From contig OY970292.1 of NCBI GenBank assembly GCA_963716145.1, forward strand, positions 76,104-140,103: a stretch of 64,000 nt of DNA. The letters are read 5' to 3'. Position numbers and translations under genes: made by a program. This DNA comes from Candidatus Levyibacteriota bacterium. GTDB taxonomy: Bacteria; Patescibacteriota; Microgenomatia; Levybacterales; UBA12049. Within the stretch, counting starts at the first letter, position 1; the number at the start of each line of letters is the position of its first letter. The notes below the pieces were generated by a model. That model was not told the DNA's origin. It ran no database searches and saw nothing but the letters and a program-made list of their open reading frames with translations. This document shows positions 22,014 to 31,493 of this stretch, piece by piece.

Positions 22014-23569
22014 AGAAGATAAGCAAAATGCACCACAAGATCAAAATTTTTCTTGAGAAACCAATTGCAATTTTTATCGCAACAGCAATGCTTTCCTTAG
22101 TGCCCACAATAGCCATCTTCTATAAGATAGCGACAGGAGATATCTCTTTTTGGTATGATCCCGCACGGGATTTGCTTTCATCTTTGGTAAATTTGCAAAA
22201 GCTCACCTTGATTGGTCCACCCTCAGGTATACCAGGAGTATTCTATGGTCCTTATTGGATTTGGCTTTTGAGTTTTGGGCAAATTTTTTCGCAAGACCCC
22301 CGAGTGATCACTTTTATTGTATTAACAATTCCCTATTTAATTATTTTCCCTTTTATTCTTACGCGTTTTTCTAAAATAATAAGCTGGCACACACTTGCTA
22401 TATTGTGGATCTTCTTTTTATTGACGTCTCAAAAGTATTTTACCGATCTTTGGAATCCTCATCCGGCTCTTCTTTTCATTCTGCTTAGCGTTTACTTGCT
22501 TTTTATCAAAACAAACGAGAGGTCTTTCAAAAATTTTCTAATCACTTTTTTTGCAGGAGCTGCAGCGGGTCTTGTTATGAACTTTCAACTATCTTTTGGA
22601 ATAGGAATGCTGTGCGGATTGAGTCTTTATTTAGTGGGAGAAAGTATAGTGTATTTTGTTACCGCCAAAAATAAGTTGGCGGTAATACTACAAGGAATAA
22701 GTACGATTGCCTGTTTTGTTCTTGGATGTTTAATATCTTTTACTCCTTTTTTAGTTTTTGAAGTCCGGCATCAATTTTTACAAACAAAAACACTTATCAA
22801 TGCATTTACTCATTTTGGTGCCGTTGTTGGGCTTACAGGCTTAACAAAACCTCAAGTACTACAAGTTTTTTTCAGCCAAATTAGCGAGATTTTACTGATG
22901 CCAATTGTTCCCGCCATGATATTTTTTATCATGATAATTCTCTTTTACGCCTATTCTTACCGAAAGAGAAGTGATCAGGCAAAAATTAAGGAAATAAAGT
23001 TGATAGCTATATTGGTCGCGATTACATCTGGGATTATGTATCTTTATCTTACTGCAAAAAATCCTATATGGGATTATCATTTTATCGGTTTTGAGCCACT
23101 CATTTTATTATTTCTGGGAATTTTTATTGATAAAACCAAAGTTCTAAAAATTATTATGACAGTATGGATTATAGTGTTAGTAGCTAACTATACTTTTGTT
23201 TTTATTAAAGGATTTGGACATGACCCAAAGCATATAGAAGGTAATCTAGCGGCAGAAGAAGTAGTAGTAAAAAGAATTCAACAAGTAAGTAATAATAAAG
23301 AGTACGCAGTTTTTGCATATAGCCCATCCATTTATATATATGAGTATTCTTATCTTTTTAAGTGGCTATATAAGAAGGATGTTTCATTTGATCCTGGCCA
23401 AGTTAAATCGGGTTCGTCTCTGGTGTATGTAATTATTCCTAACTCAGAAAAAAATATGTATAATAGCTATATTGAGTATAGAACACCGAGTAAGCAATAT
23501 AAAACAGCAAAAAGTTGGAAAATGAGTGATGGCACAATTATTGTCCAGCGTGTAAAAATAACCAAATGA
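22010..23569 (+). CDS. Polytopic membrane protein, putative GT-C glycosyltransferase (paralog of 16302..17798)
   Basis: 519 aa; LTLIGPPSGIPGVFYGPYWIW motif shared with paralogs. Confidence 0.4.
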   Translation: MKKISKMHHKIKIFLEKPIAIFIATAMLSLVPTIAIFYKIATGDISFWYDPARDLLSSLVNLQKLTLIGPPSGIPGVFYGPYWIWLLSFGQIFSQDPRVITFIVLTIPYLIIFPFILTRFSKIISWHTLAILWIFFLLTSQKYFTDLWNPHPALLFILLSVYLLFIKTNERSFKNFLITFFAGAAAGLVMNFQLSFGIGMLCGLSLYLVGESIVYFVTAKNKLAVILQGISTIACFVLGCLISFTPFLVFEVRHQFLQTKTLINAFTHFGAVVGLTGLTKPQVLQVFFSQISEILLMPIVPAMIFFIMIILFYAYSYRKRSDQAKIKEIKLIAILVAITSGIMYLYLTAKNPIWDYHFIGFEPLILLFLGIFIDKTKVLKIIMTVWIIVLVANYTFVFIKGFGHDPKHIEGNLAAEEVVVKRIQQVSNNKEYAVFAYSPSIYIYEYSYLFKWLYKKDVSFDPGQVKSGSSLVYVIIPNSEKNMYNSYIEYRTPSKQYKTAKSWKMSDGTIIVQRVKITK

Positions 23570-25188
23570 AACAGAAAAAAATTGATAAATTAAAATTCAA
23601 AGAAAATAGCAAAACTAAAGACAAACGCGAAAGTTTTTTACAAAAAGTTTTTAGACAGAAATTCCTCATAGCCATTCTATTAATTCTTTTCCTAGCCACC
23701 TTTCTCCGATTTTATAATTTTCAGGAGCGGTGGGGCATAGGGGATGACAGCACTCGTGATATTGCTATAGCTAGAGAAGCAATAGATCGTCATGAGCTAC
23801 CCATGATTGGTTCATTTAGTTCTGCGGGTCCTTTTGCCTTTGGGCCACTTTTCTATTGGGTTCTTATGGCAAGTTACGTCATATTTCCTTTTTGGTTTAC
23901 AGCACCAATAATATTGACTGTTTTGACTAGTATCGCAACAGTTGGAGTATTGATAGTCTGCGGTTATTTAATTGGTGGTAAAAGATTGGCAATACTTATG
24001 GGTGTACTTGCCACAACTGCTCCTCAGTTGGTTGCCCGTTCTATCGCTATTGGTCAGCATTCATATGTCGCTATTTCAACTGCTTGCCTCTTTCTGTTTT
24101 TTATTCTCTACTGGAAAAGGAAAAATTCAATATACGCTTTTCTGATGGGATTGGCACTTGGGTCAGCATTAAGTTTCCATTATCAGACAATTAATCTTTT
24201 AATTTTCTTTGCGGCAGTTTTCTTTATTCCAAAGGTAAGTCTGGTAAAAAGAATTGCTGGCCTTATCAGTATGGGCGCTGGCTTTCTTATCCCTTCACTC
24301 CCTCTTATCATTTGGGATAGCCAACAGCAGTGGGCGAATTTGCGAAACATTCTGGATTATTTATTGGTAGCACAATATCGTTTATATGTTCCCAACAGTT
24401 GGAAACTTTTCCTTTTCAAGTATCTTCCCTCATACTGGTCGTTTGTTGTCGGCGGTTACGCCACAAGCGCTTTATTTCTTATGATAGTGACGTTTATTGT
24501 GGTTGGTGTATCTGCTATCAAGAGAAAAATTTCAGGTATTATGCTGGCGTTTGGTATAATTTTTGCTATTTTGTTAATGGTTAATAAATTTTATAAAGGG
24601 GAGCGTTCAGAAGGCTATCTTATCTATCTATCACCGTTTATTATTCTTTTTACGGCATGGAGTATAGATATGCTACTTCAGGCAACAGGTAAAAAAATTT
24701 ATGTAAGACTAGGACAGCTTACCGGTGTAATTGTTCTTCTAATTATACTTATAGGAAATTTTTTGCAGATAAAACACTATGAAGAAAGTAAAAATATAAA
24801 ACATGAACTTGATACAACAATAAGCTTTCTTATCAAGAAATATCCGGACACAAAATTTGTTATATATGATTATCGAAATAGAGCAGGAGCAGTAAGTCAG
24901 CCTTTGGGTCTTTTTTTGAAATTGCAAGACAAGACAGATCCTAAGGGGATGCCAATAGGATTTAGCTGTGGAGGTGCGGATTGTCCGCAGAAGCTTCCTG
25001 TAATAGCTGCGCTTGCCAGTCGGCCTATTGTAGATATGCGTAGCGTTGTGGATCGTGATAAAAAGTCAGGTAATTGGGTGAAAGTAAATCAGGAAAATAT
25101 GTATGATGATCTGATTGGTTGGTCAAAAAAACATGAGTTAAAAGCTACATTTTCTCCCCAGGATTATATTTTACAGAAATTTAAGTAA
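23566..25188 (+). CDS. Polytopic membrane protein, putative GT-C glycosyltransferase (paralog)
   Basis: 540 aa; GDDSTRD...MIGSFSSAGPFAFGPLFYW motif shared with 16302/22010. Confidence 0.4.
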   Translation: MKQKKIDKLKFKENSKTKDKRESFLQKVFRQKFLIAILLILFLATFLRFYNFQERWGIGDDSTRDIAIAREAIDRHELPMIGSFSSAGPFAFGPLFYWVLMASYVIFPFWFTAPIILTVLTSIATVGVLIVCGYLIGGKRLAILMGVLATTAPQLVARSIAIGQHSYVAISTACLFLFFILYWKRKNSIYAFLMGLALGSALSFHYQTINLLIFFAAVFFIPKVSLVKRIAGLISMGAGFLIPSLPLIIWDSQQQWANLRNILDYLLVAQYRLYVPNSWKLFLFKYLPSYWSFVVGGYATSALFLMIVTFIVVGVSAIKRKISGIMLAFGIIFAILLMVNKFYKGERSEGYLIYLSPFIILFTAWSIDMLLQATGKKIYVRLGQLTGVIVLLIILIGNFLQIKHYEESKNIKHELDTTISFLIKKYPDTKFVIYDYRNRAGAVSQPLGLFLKLQDKTDPKGMPIGFSCGGADCPQKLPVIAALASRPIVDMRSVVDRDKKSGNWVKVNQENMYDDLIGWSKKHELKATFSPQDYILQKFK

Positions 25189-25254
25189 TTATCCGTATCA
25201 CAATCAATTCCGTATTTAGTTACAATGCTGAGGATATTTTGCTAGAATAAAGCT

Positions 25255-25800
25255 ATGAGAATCGGAATCGACATATCGCAAACAGCTTATGAGAACACAG
25301 GAGTTGCCAACTATACAAAAAGTTGGGTTGAGGGTTTGTTGAGAGTTGATCAAGAAAATGAGTATATTCTTTTTTTCTCATCTCTGAGAAAAAAAATTCC
25401 CTCATTTGCCAAAGATTTATCAAGGCAGAAAAACTCAAAAGTCAAAATAAAAACATTTAAATATCCCCCGACTCTTCTCGACATGTTCTGGAATAGGCTA
25501 CATATTATGCCAATTGAGGATTTGATAGGACAGGTTGATGTTTTCATCTCGTCCGATTGGACTCAGCCGCCGACAAAACGGGCAAAAAAGGTGACAATAC
25601 TTTATGACCTGATCGTTTATAGATATCCTGAAGAAACAGATATTAAAATTGTTCACACGCAAAGAAGAAGATTGAATTGGGTTAAAAAAGAATGTGATGT
25701 TATTTTTTGTATCTCTGAATCAACAAAACAAGATGCAAGGGACATACTGGCGATTGAAGAGAACCGTTTAAAAGTTGTTTATCCCGGAATTCAGCTATGA
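25255..25800 (+). pseudogene. Truncated GT4 glycosyltransferase, N-terminal Rossmann half only (possible duplication remnant)
   Basis: 181 aa resembling the N-terminal half of neighbouring GT4s (MRIGID...NEYILF) and ending at the mid-protein YPGI linker; the next gene is a complete GT4. Confidence 0.4.
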
Positions 25801-26945
25801 TTATTGGAATTGATGGTAATGAAGCAAACGTTAAAAAACGTGTAGGTATCAGTGAGTACGCGTTTGAGTTGTTGCGACAATTTTCAAAAATTAATTTTCA
25901 AAACTCAAAGTTCACAATTTATTTGAAGGATGATCCAGTCAGCGATATGCCCGCTGAAAGTGAGGGTTGGAAGTACAGAATTATTAAACCAGGCAAATTG
26001 TGGACTCAGTGGAGATTACCACTTGATTTGTATTTAAGAAAGAGCAGGCCTGATGTATTTTTCTCTCCCTCTCATTATGCTCCGCGTTTTTCTCCCGTCC
26101 CGACAGTTATTTCAATTATGGATTTATCCTATCTTTATTTTCCTGAAATGTTTAATAGGGCTGATTTATTACAACTTCGTAATTGGACAGCCTATTCAGT
26201 AAAAAATGCCAAAAAGATCCTGACAATCAGTAAATCGAGCAAAAATGATATAATTAATTCATACAAAGTACCTGCGGAGAGAATAATTGTAACTTATCCG
26301 GGCATAAAACAATCGGCGTCTCTCTCACAGCACATTTATGTTATGAATCAATTAAAAGCAAGATACAAAATTTCAGATAACTATATTTTATTTGTTGGGA
26401 CACTTCAGCCGAGGAAAAATATTGAAAGGTTGATTGAGGCATTTGCCCTGATGCTGAAAAATGCGGATCTAAACGCTGAAAAACGCCAAAATTTGCAATT
26501 GGTTATTGTAGGGAAGAAAGGATGGTTATATGAAAAAATTCTGGCAGCACCCAAAAAATTTGAAATAGAAGATAAGGTAAAATTTTTAGAAAACGTAAAC
26601 GACGACGAGCTTGCAATTTTTTATAAACATGCATTATGCTTTGTTTTGCCAAGCCTATATGAGGGGTTTGGGTTGCCTGTTCTAGAGGCAATGCAGGCAG
26701 GATGCCCGGTTATAACAAGTGATGTTTCAAGCCTCCCTGAAGCAGGAGGAGATGCATGTATTTATATAGATCCCGAAGACGCGGGCGACATTGCGGACAA
26801 AATATGGAAACTCATCACAACTGAGAAACTAAGACACGAATTGATAGAAAAAGGGAAAAAGCAGGTTAAGAAATTTAGCTGGGAAAAAACTGCTAGAGAA
26901 ACCTTATCTGTTTTGGAAGAAATTGCCCAAAATAAAAATATATGA
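25797..26945 (+). CDS. GT4 family glycosyltransferase
   Basis: PSLYEGFGLPVLEAMQAGCPVITSDVSSLPEAGGDA C-terminal motif. Confidence 0.7.
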   Translation: MIIGIDGNEANVKKRVGISEYAFELLRQFSKINFQNSKFTIYLKDDPVSDMPAESEGWKYRIIKPGKLWTQWRLPLDLYLRKSRPDVFFSPSHYAPRFSPVPTVISIMDLSYLYFPEMFNRADLLQLRNWTAYSVKNAKKILTISKSSKNDIINSYKVPAERIIVTYPGIKQSASLSQHIYVMNQLKARYKISDNYILFVGTLQPRKNIERLIEAFALMLKNADLNAEKRQNLQLVIVGKKGWLYEKILAAPKKFEIEDKVKFLENVNDDELAIFYKHALCFVLPSLYEGFGLPVLEAMQAGCPVITSDVSSLPEAGGDACIYIDPEDAGDIADKIWKLITTEKLRHELIEKGKKQVKKFSWEKTARETLSVLEEIAQNKNI

Positions 26946-27535
26946 GAGATAAAAGCGGTAAAGAATTATCAGCATCTGAAGTCTTATTTAAAGGTACGAG
27001 CCGGGTAAGTACTGTTCTTTTGGAATTTGAAGTCTTTTTGCTTCATATTATCGGCTTTGTTCCGTTTCACACTGTCAGAAGGTTTTTTTACAGAATTGCA
27101 GGAATGAAAATCGGTTCAGGTTCGGCAATTCACATGGGTGCGCGTTTTTATAATCCGGCAAATATTTCGATTGGAAAAGATTCAATAATTGGTGAGGGAG
27201 TTATTTTGGATGGAAGAAACACATTAACAATTGGCAATCATGTAGATTTAGCTACGGATGTTATGGTTTATAATGCCTGGCATGATGTCGAAGATCCTAA
27301 TTTCAGTGCACTAAATGAACCAGTAGAAATTAACGACTATGTCTTTATTGGACCAAGAGCGATTGTATTACCGGGAGTAAAAATAGGAAAGGGTGCAGTT
27401 GTAGCTGCAGGATCTGTTGTAACAAAAGATGTGAGTCAATACGAAATCGTAGGGGGAGTTCCTGCAAAACTAATTAAAGAAAGAGGTTTAAAGGAGTTGA
27501 GCTATAAGCTAGGTAGGGCTGCGTGGTTTAGGTAA
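26942..27535 (+). CDS. Hexapeptide-repeat (LbH) sugar O-acetyltransferase
   Basis: Tandem [LIV]GxxxxI hexapeptide repeats: IGKDSIIGEGVILDG...IGPRAIVLPGVKIGKGAVVAAGSVV. Confidence 0.65.
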   Translation: MRDKSGKELSASEVLFKGTSRVSTVLLEFEVFLLHIIGFVPFHTVRRFFYRIAGMKIGSGSAIHMGARFYNPANISIGKDSIIGEGVILDGRNTLTIGNHVDLATDVMVYNAWHDVEDPNFSALNEPVEINDYVFIGPRAIVLPGVKIGKGAVVAAGSVVTKDVSQYEIVGGVPAKLIKERGLKELSYKLGRAAWFR

Positions 27536-27553
27536 ATTGATCCCGCAATTAAT

Positions 27554-28432
27554 ATGCAATTGTCTATTATCTTACTTAATTACAACAAGTCACATCTAAC
27601 CATAAATTGTTTAGAGTCGCTATACAACCAATATTGGAATGAATTTGAAAATGATATATTTGAAACAATAGTAGTTGATAACGCATCGGAAAAAAAAGAA
27701 TTACAGGTGCTTTTAGAAAAAATTAAAATGAATAAATATAAAAGTCTAAAACTTATTAAGAACAATGAAAATCTCGGGTTTAGTAAGGGCTGCAATCTGG
27801 GCGCAGAGAAAGCAATAGGAAAATATTTATTTTTTTTAAACAACGATACAATAGTTAGGGATAAAGGAATAGTCGGAATGATAGAATGTATGGAAAAAGA
27901 TACAGATGTATCAATTCTTGGCGGACAATTAAGAAATGTTGATGGAGAAAAGCAAGCATCAACGGGCAAATTTTACACGCTATTTAATACATTCTTGCTT
28001 TTAATAGGGATGCAGAAAATTGGGATTTTGGATAAAAGCCCCAAAAAAATTGCAGAAGTGGATTGGGTAAAGGGAGCACTCCTTATGGTAAGAAAAGATT
28101 TGTTTGGAAAGCTTTTAGGGTTTGATGAGAAAATTTTTATGTACATTGAGGATATGGAATTTTGCTACAGGGCTAAAAAACTTGGTTTTAAAACATATTT
28201 TTATCCTGATATTGCAGTCATGCATCAGGATCAGGGTAGCTCAAACCGTACTTTTGCGATTGTTCAAATTTACAAAGGACTTTTGTATTTTTACAAAAAG
28301 CACAGGAGCTATCCGGAATACATGATGGTTAAGTTAATGCTTTACACAAAAGCAGGTTTTGCTATTATAATAGGGTCTCTAACGGGAGATAAATACCTTA
28401 CATCAACTTTCAGAAAGGCAATTCAATTTTAA
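27554..28432 (+). CDS. GT2 family glycosyltransferase
   Basis: LSIILLNYNKSHLT...VVDNAS and GT-A core. Confidence 0.7.
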   Translation: MQLSIILLNYNKSHLTINCLESLYNQYWNEFENDIFETIVVDNASEKKELQVLLEKIKMNKYKSLKLIKNNENLGFSKGCNLGAEKAIGKYLFFLNNDTIVRDKGIVGMIECMEKDTDVSILGGQLRNVDGEKQASTGKFYTLFNTFLLLIGMQKIGILDKSPKKIAEVDWVKGALLMVRKDLFGKLLGFDEKIFMYIEDMEFCYRAKKLGFKTYFYPDIAVMHQDQGSSNRTFAIVQIYKGLLYFYKKHRSYPEYMMVKLMLYTKAGFAIIIGSLTGDKYLTSTFRKAIQF

Positions 28433-28433
28433 T

Positions 28434-31400
28434 ATGAAGTTAGTCAAATGGTTAGGTCAAAATATTTTTCTTGTTTTTACATTATTTCTTCTCGCTTTCA
28501 TTCCCCTTTTCCCAAAAATTCCTTTACTTGGCGTAACTCATGTTAATGTTTACATTAGAGCTGAGGATTTTATAATTTTATTTTTCGTTTTGTTTTATTT
28601 GTTTCAGGTTGTACGGCGTAAACAAACTATAAGAACCCCGCTTACTATCGCAATTTTGGCCTTCTGGACTGCCGGATTTATATCCACACTTTTAGGAGTG
28701 CTTTTTATTTTTCCGTATCTTAAAGACCCCAACATTACGGGAGATCCGAGGATATATGCACGAAACGCTTTTCTTTTTTATGGAAGACACATTGAGTACA
28801 TGTCTTTGTTTTTTATCGCTTACGCAGGAATTAAAAATAAGAAAAGTATAAAATTTATAGCACCTGTAATTATTGGCGTATTTTTGGTTGCAGTATTGTA
28901 TGGTTATGGGCAGCGTTTTATACCTCAAAAATTTCCGGCATTTTCAACTATGAATGAGGAATTTGCCAAAGGAATTCCTCTTGTTCTTGACGCTGCAGGA
29001 AGGCTTCAGTCAACTTTTGCCGGACACTACGATTTTTCTGCTTACCTTGTGATGATGATTCCATTGGTTGGAAGCCTGATATTTGGTTATAAAAAATGGT
29101 TTGTCCGCCTAGGCCTCGTAACAATTGATTTACTCGCATTTGTTGCTCTTCTTATGACTCAGTCCAGAACATCCTTTTTGATGTATCTTTTGGCAGTTAT
29201 TTTTATGCTAATTCTTCAGAAGCAAAAGAAATGGATTATTCCAGTAATCATTGTCAGCTTCGTTCTTCTTAGAACATTTACGGGTCTTTACGCGCGGTAT
29301 TCAGCAACTTTTTCATCTGTGAACCGTATAGTTGACGCAAGAACGGGAAAGGTTGTGGGTTATGGTGATAGCGTAAACGGAAAGTTTGTTATCAATAATA
29401 TTCAACCCAGCGGTCACGATCTGTATGCCGGATCACTTTCAACAAGCGGTAAGAAAATCGGTAGTACAAAAGATATAACCATCAAGACCCAAAAGGGAAA
29501 CGCAAAGAACATTGATGTGCAAAATCTACAAGGAGATTTTATCATCCAAAAAGCAAGCGCGCTGGATGCGTCAATTACCACACGTCTTCAGGCGGAATGG
29601 CCCAACGCCATCAAGGCTTTCCAAAGAAATATCTTGTTTGGCAGCGGGTATTCATCAATCACTTTGGCTACGGACGGAAACTATTTTAGGTTCTTAGGGG
29701 AAACAGGGCTTTTAGGTTTTGGGATATTTGGTTTAATTTTTCTAATCTACGCAATTTATGCAGCAAAAATTATTCCATCGGTTGAAGATTCATTATCGCG
29801 AAGCCTTGTGATAGGAGTATCGGCCGGGATATTTGGTTTGGGGCTTAACGCAACACTTATTGATGTTTTTGAGGCTTCAAAAATTGCCTATGTACTTTGG
29901 TTACTTGTCGGGATATCAGTCGGGATTTTGGACCAGTATCGCAAAAAATCAATAAATATTCTTGAGGAGATAAAAAGTGCATTAACTTCAGTGCCGGCGA
30001 TAATAATTTATCTGATTTCAGCATCTCTTATTTTCTTCTGGAGAATGTTAAATAATTTTTTTGTGGCGGACGATTTTACATGGCTACGTTGGGTGGACTG
30101 TAGTTCTCTGATAGAAAAAGGAGTTACTAATTGCTCTTCTAAAATAAATGTATTAGCCAATTTCTTTACCAACTCAGGTGATTTTTTCTACCGACCCGGT
30201 ATGAAAGCCTATTTCTATTTTCTCTATAACAGCCAATTCGGGGGTACGAGTCCGGTTATTTATCATCTTTTTTCTCTAGGTCTGCATACAGCTTGTTCTA
30301 TGCTTGTTTTTTTAATCTCCAGAAGATTGTTAAAAGATAAGCTTTTTGCATTCTTGGCTGCACTCGTTTTCCTACTTCTCACATCTCACTCGGAAACAGT
30401 GTATTGGATTTCAGCAGTAGGTCATTTATTTGCATCATTTTTCACGCTCCTTGCAGTGTGGTTTTATATGAAATGGGTAGCGAGCAGAAAAATCTTTTAT
30501 CTTATTCTTTCAATAATCTTTACTTTTTTTGCTCCTTTATTTCACGAGTATGGCGTAATAGCACCTGTGCTGGTAGTGTTATATGGGATAATTTCCTCAA
30601 AGTACGTTGAGAAAAAAGAGAAATCTGGTCTTAAACATTACATTTTTTATGCTCTGCCCATTTTAGTTTATTTTTTCTTAAAAATTACTTCTCACAGTTT
30701 TTGGTCGGCAGGTGATTACCGTTATAATCTTTTCAAATTACCCTTCAACATCTTCGGAAATTTGGTTGGTTTTGCAGGTTTTGTGTTTACAGGCAACCCA
30801 TTTATCGCTTGGTACCAGATTATAAGGGACAATGCCAAAAATAATTTATTTATTGCTGCTATCTGCATGGCAGTTGTTGTTGCGCTCGCAGTATTTACAT
30901 ACAAGAAAATAAATAAAGGATTTAAAAAATCTGATAAAGAGATAATACTAATTAGTATTGTTCTTTTTGTCACTCCGCTTTTGCCCTTTCTTCCGCTTGG
31001 AAATATAGCTCCTAGATACGCGTATCTCGCGTCATTTGGAGCAATATTATTCATGATCTTCATATTGCAGAAAATATATTATTATTTATACTCCTCCAAT
31101 AAATATTTCGCCTGGCTTGCGATTCTATTAATACCAGCTATTTTTATTGTGATTCAGGTGTCCCAGCTGCAAAAAGAAAACAAGGATTGGCAGTATGCAG
31201 GCGCAATAACTAATAGCTTTATGCAATATATGGATAATGGTTACGATTACTTAAGATTGGGAGAAATTAAAAAGCCTGTATTTTATTTTGTGAATGTACC
31301 GCAGCGTTATAAATCAGCTTGGGTTTTTCCTGTTGGGATTAACGACGCTATGTGGTTCCGCTATAAAGACAGTGATTATATTACCTATACACCACAATCG

Positions 31401-31493
31401 CTTGATGAAGCACGTTTATTAGCCTCGGGTCACCGTAATGCTCGAATATTTATTTTTGACGAAGTTGGGAATATCCGCATAATCAAGAAATGA
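28434..31493 (+). CDS. Large membrane protein with N-terminal O-antigen ligase/polymerase-like (Wzy_C) domain fused to a second polytopic domain
   Basis: 1019 aa; LMTQSRTSFLMYLLAV segment typical of the Wzy_C/O-antigen ligase family, then a soluble loop, then ~12 further TM helices. Confidence 0.45.
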   Translation: MKLVKWLGQNIFLVFTLFLLAFIPLFPKIPLLGVTHVNVYIRAEDFIILFFVLFYLFQVVRRKQTIRTPLTIAILAFWTAGFISTLLGVLFIFPYLKDPNITGDPRIYARNAFLFYGRHIEYMSLFFIAYAGIKNKKSIKFIAPVIIGVFLVAVLYGYGQRFIPQKFPAFSTMNEEFAKGIPLVLDAAGRLQSTFAGHYDFSAYLVMMIPLVGSLIFGYKKWFVRLGLVTIDLLAFVALLMTQSRTSFLMYLLAVIFMLILQKQKKWIIPVIIVSFVLLRTFTGLYARYSATFSSVNRIVDARTGKVVGYGDSVNGKFVINNIQPSGHDLYAGSLSTSGKKIGSTKDITIKTQKGNAKNIDVQNLQGDFIIQKASALDASITTRLQAEWPNAIKAFQRNILFGSGYSSITLATDGNYFRFLGETGLLGFGIFGLIFLIYAIYAAKIIPSVEDSLSRSLVIGVSAGIFGLGLNATLIDVFEASKIAYVLWLLVGISVGILDQYRKKSINILEEIKSALTSVPAIIIYLISASLIFFWRMLNNFFVADDFTWLRWVDCSSLIEKGVTNCSSKINVLANFFTNSGDFFYRPGMKAYFYFLYNSQFGGTSPVIYHLFSLGLHTACSMLVFLISRRLLKDKLFAFLAALVFLLLTSHSETVYWISAVGHLFASFFTLLAVWFYMKWVASRKIFYLILSIIFTFFAPLFHEYGVIAPVLVVLYGIISSKYVEKKEKSGLKHYIFYALPILVYFFLKITSHSFWSAGDYRYNLFKLPFNIFGNLVGFAGFVFTGNPFIAWYQIIRDNAKNNLFIAAICMAVVVALAVFTYKKINKGFKKSDKEIILISIVLFVTPLLPFLPLGNIAPRYAYLASFGAILFMIFILQKIYYYLYSSNKYFAWLAILLIPAIFIVIQVSQLQKENKDWQYAGAITNSFMQYMDNGYDYLRLGEIKKPVFYFVNVPQRYKSAWVFPVGINDAMWFRYKDSDYITYTPQSLDEARLLASGHRNARIFIFDEVGNIRIIKK

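Noticed and set aside
25881-25915. Peptide QFSKINFQNSKF resembling the ISNFKFQISN repeat peptide
   Set aside because: The DNA (ttttcaaaaattaattttcaaaactcaaag) is not a tandem heptamer array. The similarity is only in AT-rich codon usage.
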